Shown here: one piece after another, positions 22,114 through 33,435 of the stretch
Numbering within the stretch: position 1 is the stretch's first letter
How the letters are laid out: the number at the start of each line of letters is the position of its first letter
From: Longimicrobiales bacterium
GTDB taxonomy: Bacteria > Gemmatimonadota > Gemmatimonadetes > Longimicrobiales > Gaopeijiaceae
NCBI GenBank assembly: GCA_965219445.1
Contig: CBDCNQ010000005.1
Location: 544,001-608,000, forward strand
Direction of reading: 5' to 3'
DNA: 64,000 nucleotides
Notes under the pieces: model-generated
What the model was told of the DNA's origin: nothing
Databases searched by the model: none
Seen by the model: the letters and a program-made list of their open reading frames with translations, nothing else
Translations under genes and position numbers: made by a program

Positions 22114-22270
22114 TCATCGGAACCGCGCCCGCGCGAGCCGGGCCGACTGCCAAGTGGTGGTGCGGTGGATCAGCCCCCGGCCTGCCTGCCTGCGAGCCCG
22201 CTCCTTCAGCGCGATCATTAGCCTGAGTCCGCCCTGGTTCCTGAGGATGCCCGTCCTTCACGGCCCTCCA
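22114..22270 (-). pseudogene. Family X C-terminal remnant
   Basis: Similar to the 3' end of 18204..19178 (RARRQAGRG). Confidence 0.6.
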
Positions 22271-22292
22271 CAGGTGCTGGGACTAACATAGG

Positions 22293-22595
22293 ATGTGGTA
22301 CCGCTCTTGGGGGCAGGTCACCCCCGCGCTATGGGGCCGCATCGTCGAGCGTACTTACACATCGGCGGAACGCATGGCCATGTCAGACGCCATTTCCGCC
22401 CTCGGTAATACTACCTTCGACATTATTTATCTGAACGGTGAGGCCTTCTGGCGTAACATCCCCGCCGCCGTCTGGCGCTACAGGCTCGGAGGCTACCAGG
22501 TGCTCAAGAAGTGGCTCTCCTACCGGGAACGTGAGGTCCTCGGGCGGAAGCTTAAGGCCGAAGAAGTTCAGCATTTCACCGATACGGCACGATGA
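22293..22595 (+). pseudogene. C-terminal fragment of a type ISP-like restriction-modification enzyme
   Basis: NIPAAVWRYRLGGYQVLKKWLSYRE motif. Confidence 0.7.
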
Positions 22596-22692
22596 ATCGG
22601 CGCAATGCTGTTAGCGCTAGGGTAGGAGGTCTTGTACGAGCTGTTAGGCCGTAATCTCTAACCCTTCCAAACGTACTCACTATATTCCGATA

Positions 22693-25600
22693 CTACTGCT
22701 TTCCGATTTGCAAGATAGCCGCCTCTACTCGTGCAAGGGTGTCCGCCCAGGTTTCTTTGAGGGGTGCGGCAGTGAGATGAGGCTGGATCGCGCTGAAGCG
22801 TTCGTGTACCAGCACGCGCGAAAGGCGTTCGTTACGAAGGTGTTGGTTAAGCGCAGCTTTCTCGTGGGTATCGAAGCCGTGCCTCACACAATGCGCTAGC
22901 TCGGCGAGCTGCGGCGGGACAACACCAGCCTCGCTTCCGTCCGGCGATGCGGCATGTTGTTTCAGGAGGGCGGGCAAGCTGAACGCATAAGCAAGACTGG
23001 GAACAATTCTTATGATGAATTTCCGTGCGCCATCGCAAGTCTTGAGCTTCGTCGGCTCCACGCCGAGTGCGATTTCAAGCTCTCGAAGCGGACGCCCATT
23101 CATCCAGAGGCGAGTAAGTTGTTTCAATCTCGGTACAGCGTAGTTAATCCGCTCTTCACGCTTCTCCATCTGGTTGAACGGCTTTCCAAACAAACTGTCG
23201 AGATCCTCGTGACGAATTACTTGATCGAGAAGATTCGGGACGTCGGCCAGCCAAGCGAAGCAGCAGCGCCCCCATTCGGTGACTGAGGCATCTGCCGAGG
23301 GACCGGCGGAGGCGAGACGTTGGGCAAGGCTGTTAACGACATCCAACGAGAGACCGACTGTGGCCGCGATTCCGCGGTAAGTTGCCTCATCGTCGGTCTC
23401 GGTTACATGGTGCCCCAGGAGCTCCGTCGCCGCCTCGATTCGCGATTCGAGCCAGGCATGTTCTTCACGCTGGCGAGCTCGAAACCCGGCGAGTGACCGC
23501 TTGACGGACCATGAGAGGCGTTCGGCGGATTCGTCGATTGCCCCGCCGCCAGCCATCTTGGCAACGCAGTACCGCTCCAACACGCCTGCATCGGCCAGAT
23601 TCGCGTGAACGTGATCGAGCACGGCGGTCAGTGGATCGTCAATTTCGACGCATTGGTCGGACTGCCCAAATATCTGATGCAGATTTTCCCAGTGCGACCC
23701 AATCGTCGCATCATCGTAGTTAAATCCCACAATCTTGCCGGGAACGACGAGGACGATGCCGTTCGCGTTGTGGCCGGCCCGACCCGCGCGGCCGGCGGCG
23801 TTGAGAAGTTCCTGGGCCTTGAGGATTTCGCGTCGCTCCGTATCCTGGTCGAACCTACTGTCCTCTGCGATGATGACAAGCTCGCTCGGCAGATTCATCC
23901 CTTGGGCTACGGTTGACGTTGCGGTTAGGACGTCAATGCCATCCGCACGCTCGTAGAGCGCTTCGACGAGTCGGCGTTCCTCGGGCAGTAGCAACCCATG
24001 ATGAACGGCCGCGCGTGCCGCGACGCGATTCTTACTTACGCCGAGATAGAGATGTGCAGCCCCGCCCAGTTCTCGGCATGCAGTATGGTAAAGTCTTCGT
24101 TCTTCATCCGAGAGAGCAATATTCGTGGAACCGAGAAGCGCGGAGATCTTGTTCGCGGCGCTGTTGGCGTTTCGGATAGTCTGAAAAAAGACCAGCGTCT
24201 TGATGCCGGATTTTGCGGCCGCCCCAGCGATCGCTGAAGACACCACGCCGGAATTCGGGGTCAATTTCCAGAACGAGTTGATACCGAGCAGCGGTTTTTC
24301 CTCAAGGAGCGGCAAGAAAGCATAGTCGTTCCGTTCCCTCGTGGCCCAGGTCTGCTTCAGGCTGAACAACCCGAACGGCTGCGCCGGCACCGCTCGTTTG
24401 GCCGACTGCGGGATGGTCTTGGTCCGGGCACCTTTCCGGAGGCGGTGGAGCGTGGAGCGCAGATTGGCGACCTCCTGGTCCTGATAGACGACGCTGCCTC
24501 GCAATTGCCGGGTAGGCTTCCAGGACAGGGATAGGGATAGGCATCTGCGTTCTGTCAAATCCTCGATCCACTCGGCGATCTCTTCGCTGTTCTTCATCAT
24601 TGCCGAGAGCAACAGGAAGTCGGCTTCTGGTGCGAGTCGAGCGAAATTCAGCATGCAGAGCATCGCATCCAGCGCCCGGCGGTCTGATGGAGCTTCGTTT
24701 GGATGCAGGAGGTGACATTCATCAAACACTAGGAGGCCGGCCTCGGCGAGGATCGAAGCATCGAAGCTCATTCGTGCCAGGCAGGCTTCAGGTGTCATGA
24801 CAAGAATGTCCGGCGGTTTGTCCTCGACCGATGGAAAACCGGTTTGGTAGAGAAACTCGATCCGTACGTTTGCCGCCGGGAAAGCGTGCGCGAGTGAGTT
24901 TCTGGTCTGGTCTACAAGGGCATGCGTCGGGGCCAGAAAGACCACCGACCGGTGGGATAAAAGCGTTGTGCCGATCTTCAACTCAGCAAGAGTCGATTTT
25001 CCTGCCCCCGTAGGAAAACCGACGGCCGCGGATACTCCAGGGTCAAGATAGCCGCTATCAATCGCTTCGCGGTGATTACGCCAAAGAACCGGCCGCCTTC
25101 GTGCGACCCGCTCAACGTATGCCTGCCACTGGTTGGGATCGACTCCACCCGGCGCTGGAAGTGCCACCACGGCGCCACGCGACATATCGCCGGCAACAGC
25201 GAGAAGTAGGGACGCCAGATGACTGGGGCCGGGAAAAACACTCACCGGTCCATGACCCAAGCCGCCGGCATCGAAATCGACATCATAGGTGCAGAGGGAT
25301 CTGACCTTCTCGAAAATCTCAAGCGGATTCCCGCCCGAAGCCGGTGCCTGTGACCGAAGCATTTGAAGCGCGAGCGCCCGTACACCCTCAAGGATGGTAA
25401 AAAATAGGGCTGAGACAGCAGTGTCAGCCGCCGCGCCGCGCTGTCGCACCGTAGTCCTTGGCGGCAGATCAGTCTCCACTGCCATGTCTGGACGGCCCTG
25501 AGCGAGAGCCCGCAGGGCCGCGATCAGAGCGTGTTCTACAGGGTTGTCCGTCTCCGATTCAACCTGAAGCGCCATTTCTAAGGCGTCTGCCGAAGCTTCG

Positions 25601-25983
25601 GCGACGAGAAACAGCAGCATCGCGGCTATGTCCGGCGATACGCTTCGCGCATCCAGATACGATCGTTGGGCCTCCGGCGCGCGAATGCGTTCGGCGTTGA
25701 AGACAAGTTGGTGCGCTGTCGCCGCCACGAACGCCGCCGCCGCGCGATTATGTCGATCCGGGGACACGGATACCAGCGCTTCGTTGGTGAACGCGAGGCG
25801 GCGAGCCCTGGCAACCAGCTCCGCAAGCTCCCTGTTATCGACGAATTCACCGGCCCGCAATCGCAATCGCGCCGTGACGATTTGCGCGTAGAACTCGGAC
25901 AACTGGTCGGGCAAGCTAGCCCTGTCGAGTCCCTCAAGAGGTGGCGTCCTCCGGATAAGCTCGGCTGTTGACGGGTCAAACAT
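22693..25983 (-). CDS. Ski2-like DEAD/DEAH helicase, HamB-like
   Basis: PTGAGKS, DECH, LLSAM, HHGLL, TSTVAQGMNLP, NAAGRAGRAG; overlaps upstream HamA-like gene. Confidence 0.8.
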   Translation of the reverse strand: MFDPSTAELIRRTPPLEGLDRASLPDQLSEFYAQIVTARLRLRAGEFVDNRELAELVARARRLAFTNEALVSVSPDRHNRAAAAFVAATAHQLVFNAERIRAPEAQRSYLDARSVSPDIAAMLLFLVAEASADALEMALQVESETDNPVEHALIAALRALAQGRPDMAVETDLPPRTTVRQRGAAADTAVSALFFTILEGVRALALQMLRSQAPASGGNPLEIFEKVRSLCTYDVDFDAGGLGHGPVSVFPGPSHLASLLLAVAGDMSRGAVVALPAPGGVDPNQWQAYVERVARRRPVLWRNHREAIDSGYLDPGVSAAVGFPTGAGKSTLAELKIGTTLLSHRSVVFLAPTHALVDQTRNSLAHAFPAANVRIEFLYQTGFPSVEDKPPDILVMTPEACLARMSFDASILAEAGLLVFDECHLLHPNEAPSDRRALDAMLCMLNFARLAPEADFLLLSAMMKNSEEIAEWIEDLTERRCLSLSLSWKPTRQLRGSVVYQDQEVANLRSTLHRLRKGARTKTIPQSAKRAVPAQPFGLFSLKQTWATRERNDYAFLPLLEEKPLLGINSFWKLTPNSGVVSSAIAGAAAKSGIKTLVFFQTIRNANSAANKISALLGSTNIALSDEERRLYHTACRELGGAAHLYLGVSKNRVAARAAVHHGLLLPEERRLVEALYERADGIDVLTATSTVAQGMNLPSELVIIAEDSRFDQDTERREILKAQELLNAAGRAGRAGHNANGIVLVVPGKIVGFNYDDATIGSHWENLHQIFGQSDQCVEIDDPLTAVLDHVHANLADAGVLERYCVAKMAGGGAIDESAERLSWSVKRSLAGFRARQREEHAWLESRIEAATELLGHHVTETDDEATYRGIAATVGLSLDVVNSLAQRLASAGPSADASVTEWGRCCFAWLADVPNLLDQVIRHEDLDSLFGKPFNQMEKREERINYAVPRLKQLTRLWMNGRPLRELEIALGVEPTKLKTCDGARKFIIRIVPSLAYAFSLPALLKQHAASPDGSEAGVVPPQLAELAHCVRHGFDTHEKAALNQHLRNERLSRVLVHERFSAIQPHLTAAPLKETWADTLARVEAAILQIGKQ

Positions 25984-26767
25984 CGGCGTCCACCATCTGC
26001 GCCGTTGCTTTCAGTGCCTTTTTCGCTATGCGTGTCATCCAGGAACGCAAATCGTCGAGATGAAGGGTCTCTGCGCGTCGGCGCGAGACACTGCCGGAAA
26101 CAACGTTGGAGTAGCCCCTGAAGAGACGCTTGCGGCCATGCATATCGCTGTAACGGTCATCGACGGTTATCGCAACGCGGAACGCCCGCGCTTGGTTCCA
26201 AAGAATTTCCTGAACCGCCTGATCGGGATCGAGCTCGGGTCTAGTCCCCAAAAGCGTACTGACCTTTGCCGTCAGGAGATTGTCGTGGGTTCCAGTCTCC
26301 AAGGCGGCAAACTCCTTCCAGACTTGGTCGCGGATCGTGTTTCTCGGGTTGATGGTGGCTTTCTCCTCGCAGATAACGACAGATTGGACTGTTTGCGTCT
26401 CTTGGTCGATGTGCACATGAAGTCCGTCAAATCCTTTCTCCGCATGCTGCATATGAGGCGGCGCGATCAGGGAGGTCTCGTTTTGAATGCGTGCGGCGAT
26501 CCAGGCGATGACCTGAAACAACCAGCCATCGCGGTGATAGGGATCCGTGCCTTGCGGCACCGAGAGAAGCTGGCGAGCTCCCTCCAGCGCCGTCGGTGCC
26601 GGCACAGCCTCAGTGAAATCGGTTGCGGCGAGGACCAGCTCTACATGACGGTATTGGCCGAGTGCAATGCGTGCCACAAGCTCGGCGAGTTCGTCGTCGT
26701 TGTCTATCGACCAATCATGGCCGGCCCACTGCTTGCCGTTCCTGATCGGTGTAAAGGAGATCGGCAT
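25976..26767 (-). CDS. HamA-like (DUF1837-type) PD-(D/E)xK nuclease-fold protein
   Basis: Start MPISF (ATG 26767); HRDGWLFQ, KGFDGL...ICEEKAT; coupled to a helicase. Confidence 0.65.
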   Translation of the reverse strand: MPISFTPIRNGKQWAGHDWSIDNDDELAELVARIALGQYRHVELVLAATDFTEAVPAPTALEGARQLLSVPQGTDPYHRDGWLFQVIAWIAARIQNETSLIAPPHMQHAEKGFDGLHVHIDQETQTVQSVVICEEKATINPRNTIRDQVWKEFAALETGTHDNLLTAKVSTLLGTRPELDPDQAVQEILWNQARAFRVAITVDDRYSDMHGRKRLFRGYSNVVSGSVSRRRAETLHLDDLRSWMTRIAKKALKATAQMVDADV

Positions 26768-27248
26768 TTCACTGGCTCCCCGCAACGAGCTGTCCGTCCC
26801 CTGAAGACACCTTGACGGGATGCGCCTTTTCGATACCGCAGCAGGGCGGATAATAACCGGGACGTTCGGAGTCGTCGGATCGGTATAGTATTCGATAGGC
26901 CATTCCGAAACGTCGCGTTCTCCACGGACGCTTTTCTGTCTGCAAGTCGATGCGATCGATTTGGCGAGCCCCGTCGGATGAGATCTCGTCGAATTTGACC
27001 GGAAATCCCGGCTTGATCGGCGTGGGTTCACGAGATGGATTCCAGTCACCGATGCTGGTCCTTTGAAAGGACTTTGCCGGGCGTCTCGGAGTCGGAGCGT
27101 AGGGCTTGTGGTGAATCCGGCGCGCGGCCGAGCAGCGAATCCTAAAGCTCGTGCGTGGACTTGACGAGTTCTTCGAGTGCTTTCCCATGTCCCTCGTCGA
27201 TCATGTCGTCGCGCATTCTCGTCGCAAGCATGTAGGTGTAGCGGAAGG

Positions 27249-27490
27249 TGTTGATTCCGAGGCATGCCGTCCACCGATTCCGACGGATGCCTTCCACCCT
27301 AGAGTGACGAGTAGCGGCGTTCGGGAACCTTCGGTAGCGACCCACTCTTCCATCCTCGCAGAGGTCCCTTGAGGAGAGGAGGAAGAAGGTGTCGCAGAAA
27401 AGGTTGTCCATGCGGAGCATTCGAGAAGTGCCGCGCCTGGAGTACGAGCTCGGGCGCAGCCACCGGGAGATCGCCGAGGCGCTCGCGGCG
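27249..27490 (+). mobile_element. IS21-family left-end remnant
   Basis: TG end with repeated GATTCCGA..ATGCC..TCCACC; MSQKRLSMRSIREVPRL...SHREIA resembles an IstA N-terminus. Confidence 0.65.
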
Positions 27491-27513
27491 TCCATACCCT
27501 CGTTGCACAGAGC

Positions 27514-28263
27514 GTGGCCACCGAAGAGACCGTGCCTGGCATCGCCAGCGTCGACCGCGTGTGCCGGATCCACGGGCGCCGGATCTACTGGGCGCTCGGC
27601 GTGGGGGACATCCGCCGACGCCGGATCACGTCGAGAGAAGTGCTCATGCGCCGCCTCCTCTCGTTGGATTACGTGCTCGCGCATCCCCAACTGCCATGGC
27701 TCCCGACCGAGCCTGAGAAGGTCCGGGCCGTCGAGGCACTCGGCATCGAACGCCGATTCCTGCCCTAGCGAGTCTATCGGGGAGCAGCCGGGTACCTCCG
27801 GCGCTACTTCCCACTAAGGCTGCCGGTCGCGCTGGACGCCGAACGCGCCGTCTTCGTCTACGCCGATCCGGGCCACGAAACCGCGGCGGCGCTCCGCTCC
27901 TGGGGCGCAGCACACCGCGAGCTATGGAAGGCGCTGTGGGATCGCGGTGTAAGGATCGAAGTCGTCCCTGCCGCCCGGACTTGGCAGGAGCGGAGCCGGG
28001 CGGAGACGGTGCTCGCCAACTGGGCGCGAGACCCCCGCCCTTCCGAGTTCGACGCGGAGATCAGCCTCGAGATCGACCGGATCAAGCAGGCCGTCCTCAA
28101 GGGGAATGACCTGTGGATCAAGGAGGTGTGCGGCGATCTACAGGGCGCACTCAGGCGAATGGTGGCGCTCGAGAAGCGCGCTCGCAGACAGGCTGGGCGG
28201 GGGCTGATGCACCGCACCGACACATGGCGGACGGTCCGGCTCGTGGGGGCGCGATTCCGATGA
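27514..28263 (+). pseudogene. Family X pseudogene (5'-truncated, internal TAG at 27766-68)
   Basis: RRLLSLDYVL...LANWARDPRPSEFD...GARFR. Confidence 0.85.
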
Positions 28264-28984
28264 GAAGCCTACGACTTGTGCCGTACTGGAGCGTGCATGA
28301 GACGTTGGGGGTCGATGCACACAATGCACCCCTGAAGATGCGCACACGCCGGATTCACCTATCCCGTGCGGTCGCTTGGAGTTGCGTTCGTCGCCACCCG
28401 GTCGCCGGTGCCGCACTGGGCAGCACCGACGTGGAGGGGAGCGACCCCCCAGGCCGAGGGCCTGCTACGGGCGCGGGGCCAGGTGTGTTTTCACACGCTG
28501 GTTCCCGCCCTCCCCAGGGGTCGCTCCCGATCTAAGCATCCCTGGCGGGAAGGCCATAAGAGTGCCGCCGACGGGCGGATTGATGGGTCTGGCCTCTGGG
28601 TCTGCTCTCACCGGCCGCATGCGCTCTACAGTCGTCCGTGAAGCGGCGCCGATGCCCGAACTGGTCCGTGCGCCGACGGGCCGCCTCGACTTTGGTGCTG
28701 CTTCAAGGTGCATGAACTTCGCCTGCTCAGCCTCTCGGGCCACCTTGGTTCCCAGAGGCACGATTCTCGTATACCGCCATGCGTGGGGGCTCTTGGTGGA
28801 CCGATCAGGGCGGGTGGTGCGGTCACGGATGTTGACGATCCAGTCCAGGCATGGCAGGGCGGGACATCGACACTTGCGCGCACACCGACAAGGAGCGCGC
28901 TTCGCCCTACCCCTACCCCTCGGAGAATCCAGCCTTCGGAAGCCTCGGCCCGGCTCGCCGCTCACGTCGCCGAGGGCGTCGGGG

Positions 28985-29150
28985 CTCGTCACAACGAAGC
29001 AGAAGGTTGTCAACCGGCCGGCGGCGTTCGAGCAGCCGGTCGATCGCTTCGAGTTGCCGGAGAATCGGGACGGCCGCCAGCTGCCGGTCGATCTCGGCCA
29101 AGTGACGGCGGAGGATCCCGACGGCGATGTGTTGACGTACGACGTCGGCC
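28985..29150 (+). pseudogene. Cadherin-like repeat fragment
   Basis: NRPAAFEQ...FELPEN...LGQVTAEDPDGDVLTY. Confidence 0.55.
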
Positions 29151-29264
29151 AGCGCCCCGCCGGTGTTGCTTGCCTGCCGCGCCTGCATTACGGTGCACAC
29201 GCGCACGTGCGGGCCATCGCCGGGCGTCCAGCCTGGTACATATCATCCACGGGAGGGCTCCACA

Positions 29265-32027
29265 GTGCTACGAACAGCAGCGGCTGCAAGTCTTTTGTTG
29301 GCCCTCGTCCAAGCGGGCGCGCTAACGGCGCAGGGCACGCTCAGTGGAACCGTAACATCCTCTGCGACGGGCACGCCCGTCGCTGGTGTGCAGGTGAGCC
29401 TGCCCGAACTGAGTAGGGGATCCATCAGTGGGGCCACCGGCACCTACGATATTCCCAACCTGCCGGCTGGTAGTCACGATGTCGTGTTCAACGTAATCGG
29501 TTATCGATCGGTGACCCAGCAGGTCACGATCGCCAACGGCGAGACCACCCAGCTGGATGTGACGCTTGAGGAGGAGGCAGTTCAGCTCGCAGGCTTGGTC
29601 GTGGTCGGCAGCCGGGCGCCGCCCAGGACGGTGACCGAATCTCCCGTCCCCGTGGACGTGGTCTCGACTACCGACCTCACTAGCCAGGGAACGGTCAACC
29701 TGCAGGACCAGCTCCGAACGGTGGTTCCGTCATTCAGCGTCAACACCCAGCCGATCAGCGACGCCTCCACCGTCGTTCGGCCGGCGATGCTGCGCAACCT
29801 GGCTCCGGACCATACCCTGGTCCTTGTCAACGGCAAGCGTCGCCACCGCTCTTCGATTATCGACTGGCACGGCGGCAACGGCGTGGCTTTCGGGTCGCAG
29901 GGACCCGACATCTCGGCCATTCCGGCCATCGCCCTGCGGCAGGTAGAAGTGCTGCGGGACGGCGCGGCCGCGCAGTACGGCTCGGACGCCATCGCCGGCG
30001 TGCTGAACTTCCAACTCAAGGACGCCGCATCCGGCGGCTCCTTGGAGTACGGCGCCGGCACGTTCGGTGACGGCGACGGCGAGGCGATGAACGTGGCCGC
30101 CAACGTCGGTCTGCCGCTGGGCACCCGCGGCTTCGCCAACCTCAGCCTGGAGTACGGCGGCTCGAACCCGACCAACCGCAGCGCGCCCCGCAGCGATGCA
30201 ATCGCGCTCATCGCCGCCGGCAACACAAGCGTGATGTCCGACACGCCGCAGGTCTGGGGCTCGCCAGACATCGACGACGATTTGAAGCTGTTCGGGAACT
30301 TCAGATACACCGCCGCCGCCGGCGTGCAGGTCTACGGCCATACCAACTACGCCAGCAAGAAGGTGACCGGCGGCTTCTTCTTCCGGAATCCGAACACGCG
30401 GGGCGGCGTCTTCAGCCTCGACAGCGGCCAGAGCCTGCTGATCGGCGACGTGCTGATGGCGAACGGGACGGGGTCGGCCAACTGCCCAACGGTGGCCATC
30501 ACCAACAACGTGGCCGATCCGGTCGCCCTGCAGCGGGTGTTCGACGACCCGAACTGCTTCTCGTTCCGCGAGCGATTTCCCGGCGGTTTCACGCCCAGCT
30601 TCGGGGGCGAGGCGCAGGACATGTCCGTGGTCGTCGGCGTGCGCGGCTTTACGGCCGAGGGGTTCAACTGGGATGTGAGCGCATCGCTCGGCGCACACGA
30701 GACCGACCTCTTCATCCAGAACACCGTTAACGCCTCACTCGGCCCCGACACGCCGACCACGTTCAACCTCGGCAGTAACCGGCAGCGCGACGTCGGTCTC
30801 AACGCCGACTTCTCCTACGCCGCGACCGACATGGTGAACATCGCGGCCGGGGCGGAATGGCGGAACGAGCAGTACCAGACCACCGTGGGCGATCCGGCAT
30901 CGTGGACGGTCGGCCCCTACGGCCGGGGACAGGGTTTCTCGGCCGGATCCAACGGATTCTTCGGTTACGGGCCGATGGCCGCCGGGACCTGGGGCCGCAG
31001 CAACGTCGCGCTCTACGGCGACATCGAGTTGAATGGGATCGAGCGCGACTGGACCGTCGGCTCCGCCGTTCGCATCGAGCACTTCGATGACTTCGGCACG
31101 ACGATGAATAGCAAGCTCTCCGGCCGCTTCCACTTCGTGCGCGCCAGCGTGAGCAGCGGGTTCCGCGCCCCGACACCGGGACAGCAGAACGGCTTCAACA
31201 TCTCGACCATCTTTGACCCGGCGCTCGGGGATCTGGTGAACAACGGCTCCATCCCGTCTACCTCGCCGTTGGCAGCACTGCGCGGCGGCCAGCCGCTCGC
31301 CCCAGAGAAGTCAATCAACTACACCGCCGGCGTCGTCTTCGATAACGGCCAGTTCACCTTCACGGCCGACTACTTCCGCATCAACGTATCGGACCGGATC
31401 GGGATCACGAGCAACTTCACCCTGACCGCCGACGAGATCGACACCCTGCTGGCCGAAGGCGTCGACGCCGCTCGCGACCTACGGCGGTTCCGGTTCTTCA
31501 CCAACGCGTTCGCGACGGCGTCGCAAGGTATCGATCTGGTATCGACCTTCACACCGCTCGCGCTGCGCGGCAACACCGTGATCAGCGCCATCTTCAACTA
31601 CACCGACACCGAGGTGACCGACAACGAGAAGGGGCTGCTCAACGACCGGCGGATGGCCGAGTTCGCCTACGCCTTGCCGCGCATCCGCTGGAACGTCGGT
31701 CTGACCCAGCAAGTCGGGCGGGTGAGCATTATCGGCCGGCTGAACTACTTCGGCGGCTGGTACGACTACGACAGCGGCTTCGCCGAGGTCTACCTGCCGT
31801 CGGGAGGCATCGAGCAGGGCTTCTTCGATGGCAAGCCGATCGTCGACTTGGAAGGGAGCATCGACCTCGTCGGCGGCGCAACGTTGGCCGTCGGCACGCA
31901 GAATGCGTTCAACACCTACCCGGACGAGAGCGCGCGGGCGATGTCCGTCGGCGAGAAGTACAGCGAATACACGCCGTGGGGCTTCAACGGCGCCTTCTAC
32001 TACGGGAAATTGACCTATCGATGGTAG
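29265..32027 (+). CDS. TonB-dependent receptor with N-terminal carboxypeptidase-regulatory-like domain
   Basis: GTLSGTV, VVVGSR, TLVLVNGKRRH, EVLRDGAAAQYGSDAIAGVLN, terminal YRW. Confidence 0.93.
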   Translation: MLRTAAAASLLLALVQAGALTAQGTLSGTVTSSATGTPVAGVQVSLPELSRGSISGATGTYDIPNLPAGSHDVVFNVIGYRSVTQQVTIANGETTQLDVTLEEEAVQLAGLVVVGSRAPPRTVTESPVPVDVVSTTDLTSQGTVNLQDQLRTVVPSFSVNTQPISDASTVVRPAMLRNLAPDHTLVLVNGKRRHRSSIIDWHGGNGVAFGSQGPDISAIPAIALRQVEVLRDGAAAQYGSDAIAGVLNFQLKDAASGGSLEYGAGTFGDGDGEAMNVAANVGLPLGTRGFANLSLEYGGSNPTNRSAPRSDAIALIAAGNTSVMSDTPQVWGSPDIDDDLKLFGNFRYTAAAGVQVYGHTNYASKKVTGGFFFRNPNTRGGVFSLDSGQSLLIGDVLMANGTGSANCPTVAITNNVADPVALQRVFDDPNCFSFRERFPGGFTPSFGGEAQDMSVVVGVRGFTAEGFNWDVSASLGAHETDLFIQNTVNASLGPDTPTTFNLGSNRQRDVGLNADFSYAATDMVNIAAGAEWRNEQYQTTVGDPASWTVGPYGRGQGFSAGSNGFFGYGPMAAGTWGRSNVALYGDIELNGIERDWTVGSAVRIEHFDDFGTTMNSKLSGRFHFVRASVSSGFRAPTPGQQNGFNISTIFDPALGDLVNNGSIPSTSPLAALRGGQPLAPEKSINYTAGVVFDNGQFTFTADYFRINVSDRIGITSNFTLTADEIDTLLAEGVDAARDLRRFRFFTNAFATASQGIDLVSTFTPLALRGNTVISAIFNYTDTEVTDNEKGLLNDRRMAEFAYALPRIRWNVGLTQQVGRVSIIGRLNYFGGWYDYDSGFAEVYLPSGGIEQGFFDGKPIVDLEGSIDLVGGATLAVGTQNAFNTYPDESARAMSVGEKYSEYTPWGFNGAFYYGKLTYRW

Positions 32028-32304
32028 GTTGATCGGAGCTTCCTGGGGAAAGTGACCCTGAACTCAGGGAGATTTGATCGAGAGATCCCGCCCCGGTCCG
32101 GCCAGTCCTGGGAGTAGCGAACCGCGAGAAGTTCGCCGAGTTCGTTGAACGTTACGACACCATCGGTTCGGAAGCGCGGTTGCTGTTCCGGGTCTAGCTG
32201 CTTGCAACAGAATGACGATTAGGAAGCCGGTACGGGAACCGAGCCGTCGAAGCCGCGCAGGGAATTTATCTGGCTCGCCCGTGATATGCGCGAAGCGAGC
32301 GCGC

Positions 32305-32480
32305 GGAGCTTCAACGGAACGCTCGGCGACGAGGTGCTGAAGCGCGAGATCTTCTATTCTCTGGAGGAGGCACAGGTGCTCATCGAGCAGTGGCGGCGGG
32401 AGTACAACACCATCCGACCGCATAGCTCTCTGGCCTATCAGCCGCCGGCCCCGGAGGCGATCCGGCCTGAGCCGGCCTTC
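32305..32480 (+). mobile_element. IS3-family orfB C-terminal remnant
   Basis: SFNGTLGDEVL..EIFYSLEEAQVLIEQWRREYNTIRPHSSL. Confidence 0.8.
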
Positions 32481-32524
32481 CTCAATCTCCCCAGACTCCG
32501 AGGCCCTCTCCCCAGGCTCCAGGA

Positions 32525-33095
32525 GGTACTCCATCAGGACCGGGACATCCCCCTTGATGATGGCCCGGTCGATCCGGTCGATCTCGCGGCCGATTTCGTG
32601 GTCGAATTCGGAGGGGTGGGGATCTCGCGCCCAGTTGGCGAGCACCGTCTCCGCCCGGCCCCGCTCGTCCGTTGTCCGGACGACGACCACGACTTCGATC
32701 CCGCGACCGCGATCCCAAAGCGCCTCCCAGAGTTCGCGGTGCGCGGCACCCCAGGAGCGGAGCGCCGTCGCGGTCTCGTGGCCCGGATCGACGTAGACGA
32801 AGACGGCGTGCTCGGCGTCAAGCGCGACCGGGAGCCGGAGCGGGAAGTAGCGCCGGAGGTTCCCGGCCGCTCCCCGGTAGACCCGCCGGGGCAGGAGCCT
32901 GCGCTCGACGCTGAGCGCCTCGAAGGCGGCCACCTTCTCCGGCTCGGTCGGGAGCCAAGGCAGTTGGGGATGATCGAGCACGTAGTCGAACGCGAGGAGG
33001 CGTAGCATGAGCACTTCCCTGGAGGTGATCCGGCGCCGGCGTCTGTCCCCGGCGCCGAGCGCACGGTAGATGCCGCGCCTGTGGATCCGGCATCA
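32525..33095 (-). pseudogene. Family X internal fragment
   Basis: RLLAFDYVLDHPQLPWL...IIKGDVPVLMEY. Confidence 0.85.
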
Positions 33096-33306
33096 ATACT
33101 CACTCATAGTCTGCCGATGTCCGTAGGGATCCAGTAAGTGCTATAAACAGTTATATTCTATACGGTTATGACTGTTCTACAGCGCCCTGAGCCACCCGTA
33201 GCGGCCGACAAGAGTCGCGACCCGGAGGCCGGACCGGCTCGCTGATCCGCCGCGCTCGCAGTGTCGGCGGACGAGTCCGTCAGGCGCTGAAGAGCGGGGG
33301 CGCGAA

Positions 33307-33435
33307 GGCTGGCTCACGACCCGTTAGCAGTCATGAGCCAGCCTACCCTTTGGGGCCACGCTTCGCGGGTCCCCGGCAGGGGCTGGCGAGGGTGGCTCCG
33401 CCCCCTTCGATCCCCTGGACGCCCGCGCTCCGGCA
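33307..33435 (+). repeat. Conserved hairpin cluster (oriT/sso candidate); copies near 17745-17860, 40955-41085, 42430-42530 (partial), 63025-63145
   Basis: GGCTGGCT..GAGCCAGC hairpin plus GGGGCCACGCTTCGCG..TCCCCGGCA.GGGCTGGC..CTCCGCCCC. Confidence 0.7.
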
